From assembly GCA_964035545.1 (NCBI GenBank), contig OZ037768.1, positions 434,001 through 498,000 of the forward strand: DNA of 64,000 nt. The letters are read 5' to 3'. The notes under the pieces were generated by a model. The model was not told the origin of the DNA. It worked only from the letters and a program-made list of their open reading frames with translations, and searched no databases. Both the position numbers and the translations under genes were made by a program. Each line of letters begins with the position of its first letter. Within the stretch, counting starts at the first letter, position 1. The stretch is from Bugula neritina. Its lineage: Eukaryota > Animalia > Bryozoa. This document shows, piece by piece, positions 25,920-51,600 of this stretch.

Positions 25920-27172
25920 TAAGCAATAAATCGTGCGAAGCGAAATTAAAGTTACAATAGCTATAACCGAGCGTATTATTTTCATTTGCTTTCCTTACTT
26001 TGCTTATAAATTTATGTTCAATTAAAAATTGCCACTGAAAGTTTCAACTTTCTGTGTCCTATCTCTAAGATTAAGTAATAATCTAACTGTTTTCTAATTG
26101 AATATAGCCGCTCACATACTAAAATGCAATGTGAATGTGAGCGAGTACAACAACTTAAACTTGAACTTTCACTTTGCGTTTGACTTTCAGTTTGAGTTTC
26201 AGTATGAGTATCATTAACACTCAATTAGTATGAGTTATGAGTATAAGTATCAGTATGACTATCACTATAAGTATAACTTGCTCGGTGTGATGATACTGCC
26301 AACTTTAAGTCTGTGTTTTATTGTAATTGTTTAATTATTAAATTTCATGGTGATACCGATGGTCGTGAGTCATCACTTTTCATTAACTTCAAGTATTACT
26401 ATTAGTATGACTGATCACCAGTTTAAAATCAAATCACATACAATTATGTTGCTTTGCTGAGTTAAAGGCTTTGGCTATTTTATTGGTAGCTGTAATAGTT
26501 GTAGTACAATAGCAGTTATTAATGGTGTACATATGAATCAAATGAAATATGAAAACTTTATTCGCTGATAATAACTGTGCTTTGCTGCAACTTCAATAAT
26601 AATGATAAGTATTTGTATGATTTTTTATATCAGTCATCAACAGTCGCAATAACCTAATTCAAAGTTTAGTTTAGAAACTAATGAATAGCTTAGTCAAAAA
26701 ATTTAAGTAAAGGTAAAATTATTGTGATTGTAAATAATTTAATTACTGTTTATGTTCAGCAACTATACTAAACCTAATACTCTATCATTAATGTGCTAAC
26801 ACTAATGCCAGTAAAGTCTATGTTAAGATTGGATGACAAAAATTATCTTGTGGAAAACTTGAATTAAGTTGGGTTCTGACTTCTGGCAGACCAAATGAAA
26901 AATATTCTCTGATTGAGGAATTAATTATTCTTGTGTTATAAAATTTCGTGCCAATACTTGAACGTTATGCTGTAATCTGTTTTCTTCTGTGCACTTGCTA
27001 ATGTATGTTGCCTATTTTTAGAGTTCTATAATATGTTGGTAGTTGAAACTACAAACTCCAAAAGATAACTATATGAGGTTAAGAAATCAAAGTATATATT
27101 CGACATTCACTGTGATACCTCGACGTATCCAAGTGATAAACTGTAGTATAGATTTAGTAGTTAAGAGAGACC

Positions 27173-38515
<11,343 letters not shown>

Positions 38516-38602
38516 TAATCTCGCCTAATCTCCTAGATTCTCATTCAGGTTTGTATGGTTAACTTTGGTAGTTCATTGCCCTCTTAACTGATATTGTGTG
38601 TG

Positions 38603-38828
38603 GTGTAGTAGTCCCTTATAGGGTAGTAGTCCCTTATAGGATAGTAGTCCCCTATAGGGTAGTAGTCCCTTATAGGATAGTAGTCCCTTATAGGATAGTA
38701 GTCCCTTATAGGGTAGTAGTCCCCTATAGGGTAGTAGTCCCTTATAGGGTAGTAGTCCCTTATAGGGTAGTAGTCCCTTATAGGGTAGTAGTCCCCTATA
38801 GGGTAGTAGTCCCTTATAAGATAGTAGT
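38603..38828. repeat. 18-bp minisatellite (about 12 copies) downstream of the CUL1 stop
   Basis: Unit GTAGTAGTCCCTTATAGG with a CCCTATAGGG palindromic variant. Confidence 0.94.
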
Positions 38829-41800
38829 ACATAATAATTAGAAGTGTGAAGTGCAAGTGGAATGTGTAGTAAGTAGACTATATAACCTGAGACCATCTCC
38901 CATTACAGATTGTGTTTCTGAGACCTTCACCTTGAGTCCACGATCTTCACCTTCAGTCCGTGACCTTCACCTTCAGTCCGTGACCTTGAGACTTTGTTGG
39001 CTGATGTGAAGTTGGCCGCTGCCTAGCAGAGGAGACTGCTGCCGCTAATAGATATTCTAATTTATATGCTGAAAGACATTACATGTTGACATGCTGACTA
39101 GATATAGTGTCTTGATTCTCTCCTTTACTTCCAGCTTCTCCGGCTCTGTCTTCAACTCCCGCTCTACTCTCTCACTCTCTACCACCACTCTCTCATTAAC
39201 TTAACAATCCTCTGTATTCCCATTCAGACTGTCATCTCTCCACTTCTTCTATAGTCTATATTATGTGTAGCTTTCTTTATATAGTGTTTGTACTGGTGCC
39301 ACTGGCTACATCTTTATTAGTAATGAAAATAAAGAAATACAGTTATAAAACCAGACTCACGGTTTCTATATTGTGTGGCATGCTCACCCAAAGTATGCAA
39401 TTATGAAATATAAATATCAGTTTTATATTTATTCCATGGATAAAAGCAATGGTCACTTTGATTATGTCTTACCAACCAAATAAAACTTTAGATAAAAGCG
39501 TAAAAATGTTTGGCTTTATTTGTATATAAGTCTGAGTTATAGTGTTTCAATTATAGTGCTTTGTTGTGATAATTGTTACATAAAAACCCAATTGTATATT
39601 GTATTTTAAAATGGCACAATTAAGCCACTCTTACCTATTTAAGAGAATGAGGTGCATGCTAGTGTTGGGGAAGTAGATTTTCTCTTCATTGACTTATTAC
39701 AATTTTGAGAAGAGTTCTAACAAAAAGGACAGCGAACAAGCTGCTAGTCCAAGTAATTATAGATTATCAAATGATTTAAAATTTGATACCGTTTTCAAGG
39801 TTTTTAATTGCAAGTTAAATCATAATCTGTTAAAGCTATTCCAGACATATAAAATAATTTACTAAATATTTTTTTGGTAAAGACCACAATTACTAATATA
39901 GAAACATTGCACAAAATGTTGTTGGGGAGATAAGTCCTATTTTCAGTCTTCGCATAGTGTGTACATCTTGGCAACTTCCGGGGCATGGAAAATATTCTTA
40001 TTGCTTGTAACTGCCATAGGTGTGGTAGTCTCTAGGATTCATAAACCATAGTTCAGCTACTTTTAAATAGAAAGATCTTTTCTGTCAGCTACAAAATAAA
40101 AAAAAAATGTTTGCGCCAGTTGTTGCATAATTTTCCTTAATACTGTACTGGACCTCTTGAACTTATTAGCAAGCTTGCTAACATGCTCAACCACGTGACA
40201 TGCTGTCACGTGACATTCATAGCAGGAAGTACCTGCAGCAGAAGAAGAGGCAATGAGGCGGCAGGTTATTGTGTTCATGTTACAGCTCTGTGGCTTTAGG
40301 TGAAGAAGGTAGGCATTCAAGTGGAAGTTGATGTATTCCAATTCAATGGAAGTAGGAATTAGTTATAACAGGCACGTGATTAACTAATTATTTTTGTACC
40401 TGCAGTCTTAATTTTCCTTTAAAATAAAATTGTTTTATTTGGTATTTAGTTTAAGTTAATTTCAATCCTCAATGCCATCTAGCTCTACTAATCTGTATGT
40501 GATTAAAACTAAAAATATAGATGTATAGGTATTAAAACTAAATACAATAAAATTATTTTTATACTGAATTGGCATAATTAGAGTTGCTACTTTTTAATTG
40601 AGCATATGATTAGAACACTCTTTTAGTGCTACTTAGTCTTATCAGCATTACTATCTGAATCATAATGATAATGACACTCACTCATTTTACATGCAGCCAA
40701 TTGGCAAGCTACTTGAAATGGAGAGCTAATCAATTATTATCATTATGATTAATATAAAACAATAAATATATAAATTATAAAAATAAGCCTACTAAAAGTA
40801 GGCTTACCAGTTAACTTACTGAAGAGTTGATAATTATAATACTAATGTAATAATAATACTGCAATAGCAGTGTTGATATAAATGTCTCCTTTAAAACGAA
40901 TTAAACTACTTTATAGCATAATTGACTTTACAATAAACTATACTTTACTATACTATATAGATCATAACATAATTGACATCGGTAATTATGTAGAAAAATC
41001 ACTTTAGACATGATAAAAATAGTGTAGTTGAATTTTTTCTCTTATCAACAGATACCATGCTATAGTTTTGTTATAAAACTGCCTCGTTTAGTTTTAAGCT
41101 GTTGACCTTTGTCCTATGAACAAGGGAATTATATAATAATAATAATATATGAAAATAATATATAATGCATTTCTGTTATATCTATATATAATATATAATG
41201 TAGTTTATGATATATCTATATATAATGTAATATATAATGCAGCTTGATCATTGCTTTACTTTCAATGGTATGTTAATTTTCATATTTGCACTGAACTGCT
41301 CTAACTACTATTATTAATTTAATATTAATTACAAAGAAAATGTCAGTGAAAATTGGTCACTTCGGGTTTTGATGGCTCATGGAAAATTGTTTATTAATTA
41401 CCTTTTTGTATAAATAATAGTTGCTATGAGTATTTTCTTGTGCAGAATTTTACTTCATGCTTTAGATCTGATCAGTCTGAAGATTCAGATTTTGGAATTT
41501 ATTTTCATGGAAGGCATCAATTTTTTTAGAAAACTATTTTTGAGAGCTGTTTTGAATTTTGATGGCCTGGACATGTTATGCAATTTTATAATTGCAATTT
41601 TTGCTGTCAACTTGGTTTGCTTGTTCTATGTGCGTACTAATTTCTGAGGCGACTAAAATCTAAAACAATGCAGTTCTTAAGGATTATAATCTCAAAGGTA
41701 ACTGGGGCCCAGGATTATTCATAATAGCCCTATACATGTAGTTACACTCATTTGAACTCATCTAATGAGATTTCTTGGTAAAATTAGTCCAATGAATTTT

Positions 41801-44800
41801 AGGGCCATCATCTCAATCGGCCGGCCTAGAGATGATGTTCCCCCATGATTTCGGATTATGCATTGTCTTTGCTCATTTTGTGGCAGCCATTTAAATGGAC
41901 TTTTCAAAAGCCGTAATAAATTATCTTATTATATAGTATTAATTAAACAAACCCATGCATTCTGTGAGGTAAAACAAAAACTGGCACTTGAAATGGTTGA
42001 ACTTTGATCTGTTTCTCCAAGCAAGTAGCTCAAGACAACACAGCATTTTAATTAATTATTTAGTTCAATTTAAGTGAAAACCCCGTCAAGTTTTTATAAA
42101 TATAAAATTACCTTTTGAAAGTATATACATAAAGTTAATAATTTCAAAAGCTGAGTTGCTCTCCCCGATGTATGTCAGCAGATCTTAAGGTCAGCAGCGA
42201 CAGTGTTTGGGCGGAGTATGAATGTGCTATTGCGTCAGTCAATATATCCTGAGTTAATGTAGCAAATCTTGATTTATTAGTGGAATTATTGTAATTTAAA
42301 ATACATATTTCAGCTCGGTCTGTGTACACCTCACATATTTGTGAATCCACAAACCACCAGACCAGTTGCCATCCAACTATTGGTTATTCACCTTCTAAGC
42401 TGTCATCTCTGAAGCCAATAATTTATTCAGCAATTGTTGAACTTTTTGTTCGAAAGATAAAAATACAATAAGCCAGAGTTATTATATTTAACATACTTTG
42501 CAAAAAAACTGCAAATGAAACTGCAAAAAATAAAGATGCTATTAAGGATGTATTTGATTATAGAATTACAATGACCAGTATTATTTTAATATTAATATAT
42601 AAATATAACCACACTAGCATTGTATTTATACCTTATACTTGATCATACCCAGCTTTTACTAGCAGTTACACTTGATCTTGTCATATTGTTTGGCTGCTAC
42701 ATTGGTGTGTGGTGTTGGTAATATTATATGGCTATCAACTAAATTTACCCAACCTTTATTGTAAGCACATAAAGAACTGCAAACAACCGCTGAAAAATAT
42801 CTCCACAATCGTGTAGACATGTGGCATCCAAGTAAAAGCAGTAAACTTAGAAATTATTTACCAAATTCGCAAATGTTTCTGCAGTAAATTGTAGGAATTT
42901 TCTATTTAGTTTGTAGAAGTTATCTGCCCTATAAATAGATAGCTTGTACGTTTTTGTAGTAAACCGCTTCAGCAGCAACTCTCAACTATATAATGCTACT
43001 TTCCACAAATCTGTGCTAATATTGAGAATATTGCAAATTTCAAAACTGTTACATTTTAACCTTTTAGTGACCTTGACATTGTTCAAGATGTATTATATGT
43101 TAACTTAACACCAGAATAGGCTCGATGGCTGAATTGAGTACCAGAAAAACTAAACTGATACCTGTAAGAGGCACCACATGGCTGATACCTGAATCATGCA
43201 CTTTAAATGCTGGCTCAGCACCAGTCTTGCGTATTGGCTGATGCAGTTTGAATGGAGTGTACCAAAGGAGCTAGCCTTCTACCTTCTCCTATATCAGTCA
43301 CAGCTCTGTTAATTCAGTTAGTTTGAGGTTTGAGGCTTGCAAGGAGCTTCTTCTAAGCTACTGATGCTAATCACCAATCTAATAAACTAGCAAATGCAAA
43401 TACTCCTTCTGCTATGACCTATCTAAAGGGTATCAGTTTACTTCACTTAGCTATGCTAGCTTGTCTTAGATTTGTCTTGTAGAAATACTGTTAAAACCTT
43501 TTATCCATACTATATATATGTCTCTCAATACTTTCTGATGTTTGACCAGTCTTTCAATTGTGCACTGTGTTTGCCTAACGCTACATCTCTCTCTTTCAAA
43601 TAGATAGCTCATTGTCATTAGCTAGGATTCCAATCTTCACTAATTAAACTTCTTTTTCTTGTGCTAAAGAAACTTCAATTACTTGATTGTAAATTACAAT
43701 AATTTTTACAAGAGCTACTGAAATGTAAATGATTTGTATTAAGTAATAAAAGTGTTCAAGTTTGAACTGCTTGCTAATTATGATAAGGGTGGGTCTGCAT
43801 ATTATTATGTAATAATTAGAGATTGTGGGTATGTCATTAGTTAGTTTTGATGTGCTCTGCTAATTAATGTCATGTCTTGAAAGGTGTTACCATAACTTAA
43901 TGTCAAGATTAACTGCTTGGAGAAACAGTGACACAATTACATTTAAATTCAGCAAAACCTACGGAGGAGCCACCAGTCGGTTTATTCTCACGCCAACAGT
44001 TTCTTTATCTTTTTACTAGACAGTAAGTCTGTCAGATTTCATGTTACGGGGTGCCATATCAATCTGTTACTAACAACTAACTCTTGAAAATATTGATATG
44101 CTAGTTAGTAGACTATTTTATAGAAATAATAATAAATCTTTTGGCATTTAGTCCACTGGCTTTCATGCATGGGGAGTTGAGAGGCTTCTCGGATATTTAG
44201 CCACCTAGACTGAATTTTATGCCAAAAAATTAAATTTTATCTCTGCTTGACATTCTAATAAATTATCATAATGCAGTGGTGACAGACTGACAAGGTGCTG
44301 GTGTGCCTTACTAAGATATTCTATTAATTGAACTGAGATTTACATTAATTGGGGCTACGAATGGGTCAAAAACTAAGCTTCAGCCACTGGTGATGAAACA
44401 TTACAATCAATTATTTAGTCAGATTGGCGCCTGTTTTTGTACTACTATGCAAAATGTTAAAATGTTATTGTTTAGATTTAATGTGTGACTATTAGCCACC
44501 CAAGGTGTGACACTGTTGCATAACATAATCCTAATTATATATTAACTTTCCATCTAATCATGTAATACTGTCCAAGTGTTACTAATCTGATTGCAGTTCG
44601 TGATTTGAACAAAACACATTTAGGCAATTTTTACAAGTGATTGACAATGAACTGTGTCCTATTGTTTGTGTTTGCTTTTACAGTCGTTCTTTCTTACAAT
44701 CTGCATTCTTACAGTAATTTATCAGTAAAAAGGTCTTTATGTTCATCCTAATGCATTATTGTTTGAAGTGGTTAATTCCACGGACAATAAACCAATGAGA

Positions 44801-46189
44801 GTCCGGCTCTCTTATTTCATTAACACGGAGTATATTAGTGAGTAGACCCAAAGCTCCAACTGTCACACATCATATGTTTCTCTTGCTGATTTATAGCACT
44901 CTTCACTCTTGTGTCTTTACTGTTTGTGTCATTTATTCTTGCAATAGCCATTAGCTGAACACATTTCACACGTTTCTTGGTAACTTTAAGAGTACTCTAC
45001 GATTTTATGCCTTTTAATCGGATATAAAGAAACTTGCATGATGTGAGGCTCAGAAACTGTCTCTGTGCTTGTATCAGGTGAGATATTTATTGGATTTCTT
45101 TTCTAAAACAGTATATAAAAGTATATATAATAATAATGCTCCAGGTAGATGTGTCAGTAGAAAGCTTGACTTGAGAGTCCATGCATATTATAGAGTTTTG
45201 CGTACCATAAAGAAAGACAGCCATGTTAAATGGAGGTACCATAGAGCTCTCATTTAACCTTGCATATTGCATTCAGGAGCAGTTTTGTTCTCCAATGTCA
45301 TGGAGTTATTTTTTTACAACTCTCATACTTTATAGTTAGTTTGTGTCGGCAAATATGTTGTTAAACTCTAGAGATTGTTTATTAGGAACACTTCAGAACC
45401 TGCCAGGAATAAAGTATCCTAGAATAGAGTCTAGAATTATGCCTAATGGTTGCACTAACACATAACTTTAGCACCTCACCAATGGATTCCTCCCCAGCTG
45501 CAGAATTTCTAGTAGCTAAAACTGAGCCAACAGGTATTCTACTATTTTAATGTCTTGTCCAATATGTGAATATACATATTATATTGTAACATCCAGTATG
45601 AAAACAATATACCCTGGCTTATTACCATCCTCATATACAATCTTTGGTTATCATATAGGTGACTTAGGTAGAGCAATGGTAATACGTTGTTCAGAAATGT
45701 TCTATATATTGATTTTACTTGATTATGGTATAACATTTTATCTATTAACGAATATGTAACAATATGATAATTAGCTGCCAACTTCTTCTAATAGTTTGTA
45801 ACTTAGCTGAATTGATGCTTATCAAATATTAATGCTGCTGGTTTGAGTATGTAACTTTAAATAATATTTCAGCTTATACTAAAATTTGCAAAAGAAATTA
45901 TTGTTTGTATAGTTGCACAGAATAAATGAAGTTTTATTTAATAAATAAGCTGAGTGAGATACGGCCTGCCATCTTCTTACGTCTCTACTATCAGCTAAAA
46001 TAGTTTAATTTTATGGATTAGAGAGTTAATGCTGCCTAATTTTCGACAATTTACAATTTAAACTTATCAAAGGTGTAGAATATAGAGCTAACTGTGTAGG
46101 GGAGGGGGGAGGAGGAATTGTATTCTAAAACATGATGTCTTTGCTTGGATGTACTCACTACTTTATCTATAAATCATGTCTATAAAGAA

Positions 46190-46406
46190 TATTTATAGAA
46201 CATATCTATAGAACATATCTATAGAACATATCTATAGAACATATTTTTATAGAAAGTATCTATTGATGATGTTTATTTTGAATATCATATCTATATAGAA
46301 TATCTGTAGAGAATAAATTTAGAAAATATCTATAGAGAATACCTATACAGAATATATATATACAGAATATATATATACAGAATATATATATACAGAATAT
46401 ATATAT

Positions 46407-46470
<64 letters not shown>
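46190..46470. repeat. TCTATAGAACATA-type short repeats plus a (TA)n microsatellite
   Basis: Direct inspection; (TA)n at about 46413-46468. Confidence 0.85.
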
Positions 46471-48696
46471 AAATATCTATAGATCCTACTAGGTTATGCT
46501 ATATTATAGCCAACAGATGATAATACTAAAAACTTGGCAATGTCACCAGAAAATAATGTGACACACTTGTCTGTAGTGAACTACTAGCAAAGGCCTTGCC
46601 ATGTTGTAAAGTTTCCACTCTTCCAAGGCCAACCTTTATTTTATGTAATTTGTGCTATTGTGTACTATTTCTTATGAAAATAAGCAGTTATGAGTAATTG
46701 TTGTTTCGCTCTGTTTTATTTTCCTGGAATACATCTTAGCAAAGTATTATTAATATGTACATTTTAAACTCTACAAGTTGGGTTATTAAAGCAAACAAGC
46801 AAAAGAACTGGTTGGTTAAAGGATAAATGTGTGCGTCTAGTGTGTGCTGTGTGTCTATAGTGGGTCACAAGAATGACAGCTCAAATAACATGTCCTACTA
46901 GGATGGTGGTTGTCTACTATTAGTCACTTAATTAATTCTTCCACTATCAAAACTATGAAAAGCCACATTTAACTCATCTTTCCAATGTCAGAAATATCAA
47001 AGAATGAGCAAATGTGTTAAATTCTGCACATTTATACATCATTAAAAGCAATTGGTTCAGCAGAAATTAATATTCAAACATTAACCACACGATGGAATCT
47101 AATAATTGATTATTTCCATCAAGCTGTAGTCATCTGAATGAAGCCCAAGTGCAAACCCCAACCTTATCAGCCGTTTTGTTTACCAGTAATAATTTGATAT
47201 TGTTGTAAACGCACTTTATCCATTAACAACGCATATTAAACATGCAAATCTTTTCCAAGATATTCTAGGATGTTTGTTTTGCAAAATGTGTTATTATTTT
47301 GCATCTAGATGTTAACAAAATTCTGCAATTTTTCTGTCCGGCATTTTTTGAATACGGTTTTTCTCTGTTTGGACTTTCAGATCCTGCCAGGCAAGGTGAA
47401 GCGTTTTTGCATATTCACCCAGTCTAGTAATCTCACACTTTATTTCAATACTAGTTTTTTGAATTGCAGACATGTTATTTATCTCACAGTATTCAACATT
47501 TTCAGCAAAATCACATAACGTGTGACTTGGATTTGTTGTATATACTATAGCATTGATGTCGATTCAGCCTATATGGAGCTCACTAAATATTTAGTTGCAT
47601 AACAATTAGAGAATTTCAAAGATGTTTACAAATTTAGTTTGTATTTAGTATTGGCTCCGTACAGCCTACTGTATGCTAACGTTTGTCTAGTCATATCAGC
47701 TTACAGTGATTTCTATATTTTATTTTATTGTGTATTGATATATTTACAGTTTGAATATTTATAGTACATATATACAATATATTATATATTACATATTACT
47801 TTAATATGTAGTCATTTAATTTTATTGATTTCATTTAGTTGATATGACAGTATCGCCCAGCCGCGAGTTCAAATCTCGGCACTAGCTAGTTGGCCGCTAT
47901 TCTATTGTCAACTGCAGGTTCCCAAACAATTTACATTTTCAATGATTTCTAATTTATGTAAAGTTAATTCAGTTACTCGGACATCAAAAAGTTTTGCGTA
48001 GTTCTTTTCTTCACTTGATTGGTGGAAGAGAGGAACGGTGACAAAAATTCAGTTTATTGTGCAGGTGTCATGCAACCTGTTGGTGTCTCTAGGAGACTTT
48101 ATCCGCTCAAATACTATGATGAAATAAAATAATATATGGGTGGTATAAGAATGTAATATAATAAAACATATAATGAAGTATTATAAAATATATAATTAAA
48201 TATGATAAAATATATAATAACATTATAAAACATATAATAAAGTATTATGAATTATATAATTAAATATAATAAAATAAATATGTATAATAATAAATATTCT
48301 AATTATAATAAATCAATAAGTATTATAAAGCATACAATAAAGTATAATAAATATATAATTAAATGTATTAATATACTAAAGTATTATAAAATACATAATT
48401 AAGTATTATAGACCATAATAATATAAATATATCAGGTAAAATAAAATAGACGGAAATATTTCTCTGGTAACCTCACTCAGTCTAGCATCTTTAGCCTAAT
48501 AGATACTGCATACATAATATTGCACAATATAATTTAGACGATTATACATAAAATATCATATTAAATGTTTTGCTGGAACAGTCTGGCTGACTCCATTTCA
48601 GTCCACCAGCCTTCAGAGTGTATAGAATATTTTCTTCCTTTTTATGTCTCAGAGTCACCCAATACCCAGTGTAAGTCAGATTCCACAAAGTCTAAG

Positions 48697-51600
48697 ATGG
48701 AAGCTGTTGGCGAAGAACCCTCGCCTGTATCAGAACCTAAGCAATCTAAGACAATGGTAGACAGAGGGGTTGGATCAACACCCGTCCCGCCAAATATACT
48801 AGATCTTAATCTACATATAGATGGTAAAAGGCAGTACGCGCCACCACCGCCCCCTTTTCTACCAGCTGGCAGTCCTCTGGACCCATCATCCTACCACCAA
48901 TGTGAGTATCACTAACTCCCTTGTTAATAGTTGTATGGGTAAATTGTTGCACTCAACTCCTTCTAATCTATTCATCTGGTAACTGAAGCACTGGAGTGTT
49001 TAATCTCATTGTTGTGCGATGAATAACTGCTTAAGTTTTATAAGTAATTTGAAAGAATAATAATTACATAATTTGGATATTTGAATGTTTGCACTATAGT
49101 TTGGACACAGTAGCAGTGTATATGCTGCTCAATGAGAGAATTTGTATATAATAAACCGACAGTTGAATGCTCAATGCTCACACACCTCTGAAGTTGTTAT
49201 ACTAGTAGTTTACTCTAACTCAGTACAAAATATTTTTAGAATTTAAATTTCAAGAAAAAAGTTTAATTTAATGTGCAGGCATTCTAGACCATACAATATT
49301 TTTTGTGCAAACCAACATGCATGTGTATTGATTTGTTCAGAGTTCAGGTAGCAAATACTCTCGCTATACTAAACCATCTGTTATTTACTGCATAGTCTTG
49401 TCATTCGTGTTGCTATAACTTGAGACAAGACAGGTGTCATGGCACAAACATTTTTCTGCAAAAGCAATTTTATCAATGTCTCTAAATTTTGTTAGTTATA
49501 GTGAAACTTTATGATAAAATCATTAATAATAAATTGAAATTTCTAAAAGTAGAAATAATGGACTAATTTTTAATTGCTGAATAAATAAAATAAATAAATA
49601 AATTTTACATATTTTTGATGAAATGGAAAAAGCCTTCAAACTAAACATAAGTAATATTGAATTAATCATTGAAATTAATAGATTAATTTATTAAATAAAA
49701 TTGATTTTGCAGTTCAAATTATTTACTGAGTTAGAGTTGTGTAATTGCACGTTCATGATTATACCAAACAATAAATTGGTGGCTGGTATACTAGAGAGCC
49801 ATCATTTACACACTATAATAACATCATTCCAGCTGTGATCTATCAAACTTATTTCAGTATATATAAAACCTAAATTTCCCTTTATATGGTTACATTTATA
49901 ATTCATAACTTAATTTTTTATTAAATAAATGTTTTTTTTAAAATGATTGATTTTTTATTTTAATGAATTTATTTCACATATTATATTTTTATCCGCAATT
50001 TACATTCAAAATATTCATTTTTATATTACTTAATGAATTTTGAGTGATATATTTATTGTTCCAGCATAAAAAATATTATATTTAAATTATTTGGTTACTA
50101 ATAGAAATCTGCCCTATTGAACACCATATTTTATCATGTGTTTATAATAAGATGAAGGATTAATGAGGAAAAAAAATTTAAAACCTCAAAATTCTCCCTC
50201 TATAATTACTCGTATAGCAGTATAAGCAAATTGGTATTAAGTCTGCTACTTTAGGGCATTATCTCAATACTTTTAATTGGAAATGATGATATATACGCCA
50301 TCAAAATAATATTTCACAATAGTATCTCGGGATTCATGAGTACATTTAATAAATTTGTTGATCAACATGGCCATACTTAGTAAACCATACATGATTGATT
50401 TAATACCATATACTCAACTTAGCAATGTATCGTACATTACATGCAGGTCTCTTTAGTTTATAGCGTATTACTCCACTGCTGTCTGTTTACCTACAGCTTT
50501 AGCGTATTACTACGCTGCCGCTCAAGTTGCCCGGCTCTCACCTCTAGGACTAGACTCCCTGTCACCTCAAGGTCATCCTCTCACTTCCAACACTCATGAT
50601 GGACGATATTTCTTTCACCGTACCCTACACCATCCCAACACTGCCAGGTGGGTGTTTTACTATACCAACTCTCTGTCTTTACGCTCTGTGTAATACATTT
50701 ATTTTAGTTGAAAGCAGAAAACAGAAAAAATATTGTAAACTTGGAACACCTTGAGCTCTTTATTGAAATAAATACTAAACATTTTTAGTTAATGCTTTAA
50801 GCAGAGATTGCTAATTTGATATGGAAAATATGTGGGTATGATTTTTAGTAACCATTATTTTTGAAAAGATAAAATGTAATGATACAAAATAGTAAAATCA
50901 GCGAGGAAATTTTTTATTGAACAATAATATTATGTATTTATTCCTATAAACATACCAGTGGCAATCAGCAATGCAGCACATTTTATGTTTTCAAGGAGCT
51001 TTAGAATAGCTCAATGTATTCAGCAAGGTATCATATTTATTCTGTAACAAATAGATTTGGTGATATAATAACTCAAATATTTGCACATTCAGGCATTATT
51101 CATCCATATTTCCACCCTGTATCTATTTGCATACACAGTTATACACTCTTATTTAATATGAAAATAGCCGTGAAACAACTAGCAGAGCTGTAATAGTACT
51201 CAGTATACAGAATAATGGCTGGGTAGTAAGATGGTATATAGTAGTTTATAAAATAATATGTTGTATATTATATAATAAATATGTTAAAATATATACGCCT
51301 GTGTAATACTGTGATACAAAGTTATAAAATAGAATTATTTTTTTATGGGTAGAATATTAGAAAAAAAACTTGATGAAATCGAAATACAAAATAATTACAA
51401 TAATAATAGTATAAAGCTTTAATTAATTACATTATAATAAAACTATAAAATATGATGTCATTTTGTATAATATTATAACCTAATATTAATATATAATATA
51501 ATGAAGCATTATATTATATAATACTATACTAAAATATTGCATTTTATAATATTATAACACAGAACAATGCCATGGCACTTGACAACGACTCAACTCTTCA

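Noticed and set aside
47845-47890. B-box-like hairpin CGAGTTCAAATCTCG
   Set aside because: No A box or cloverleaf; at most a decayed tRNA-derived SINE fragment.
48137-48145. Near-consensus Gli site TGGGTGGTA upstream of the Gli coding exons (autoregulation)
   Set aside because: A single 8/9 match is expected by chance in 64 kb.
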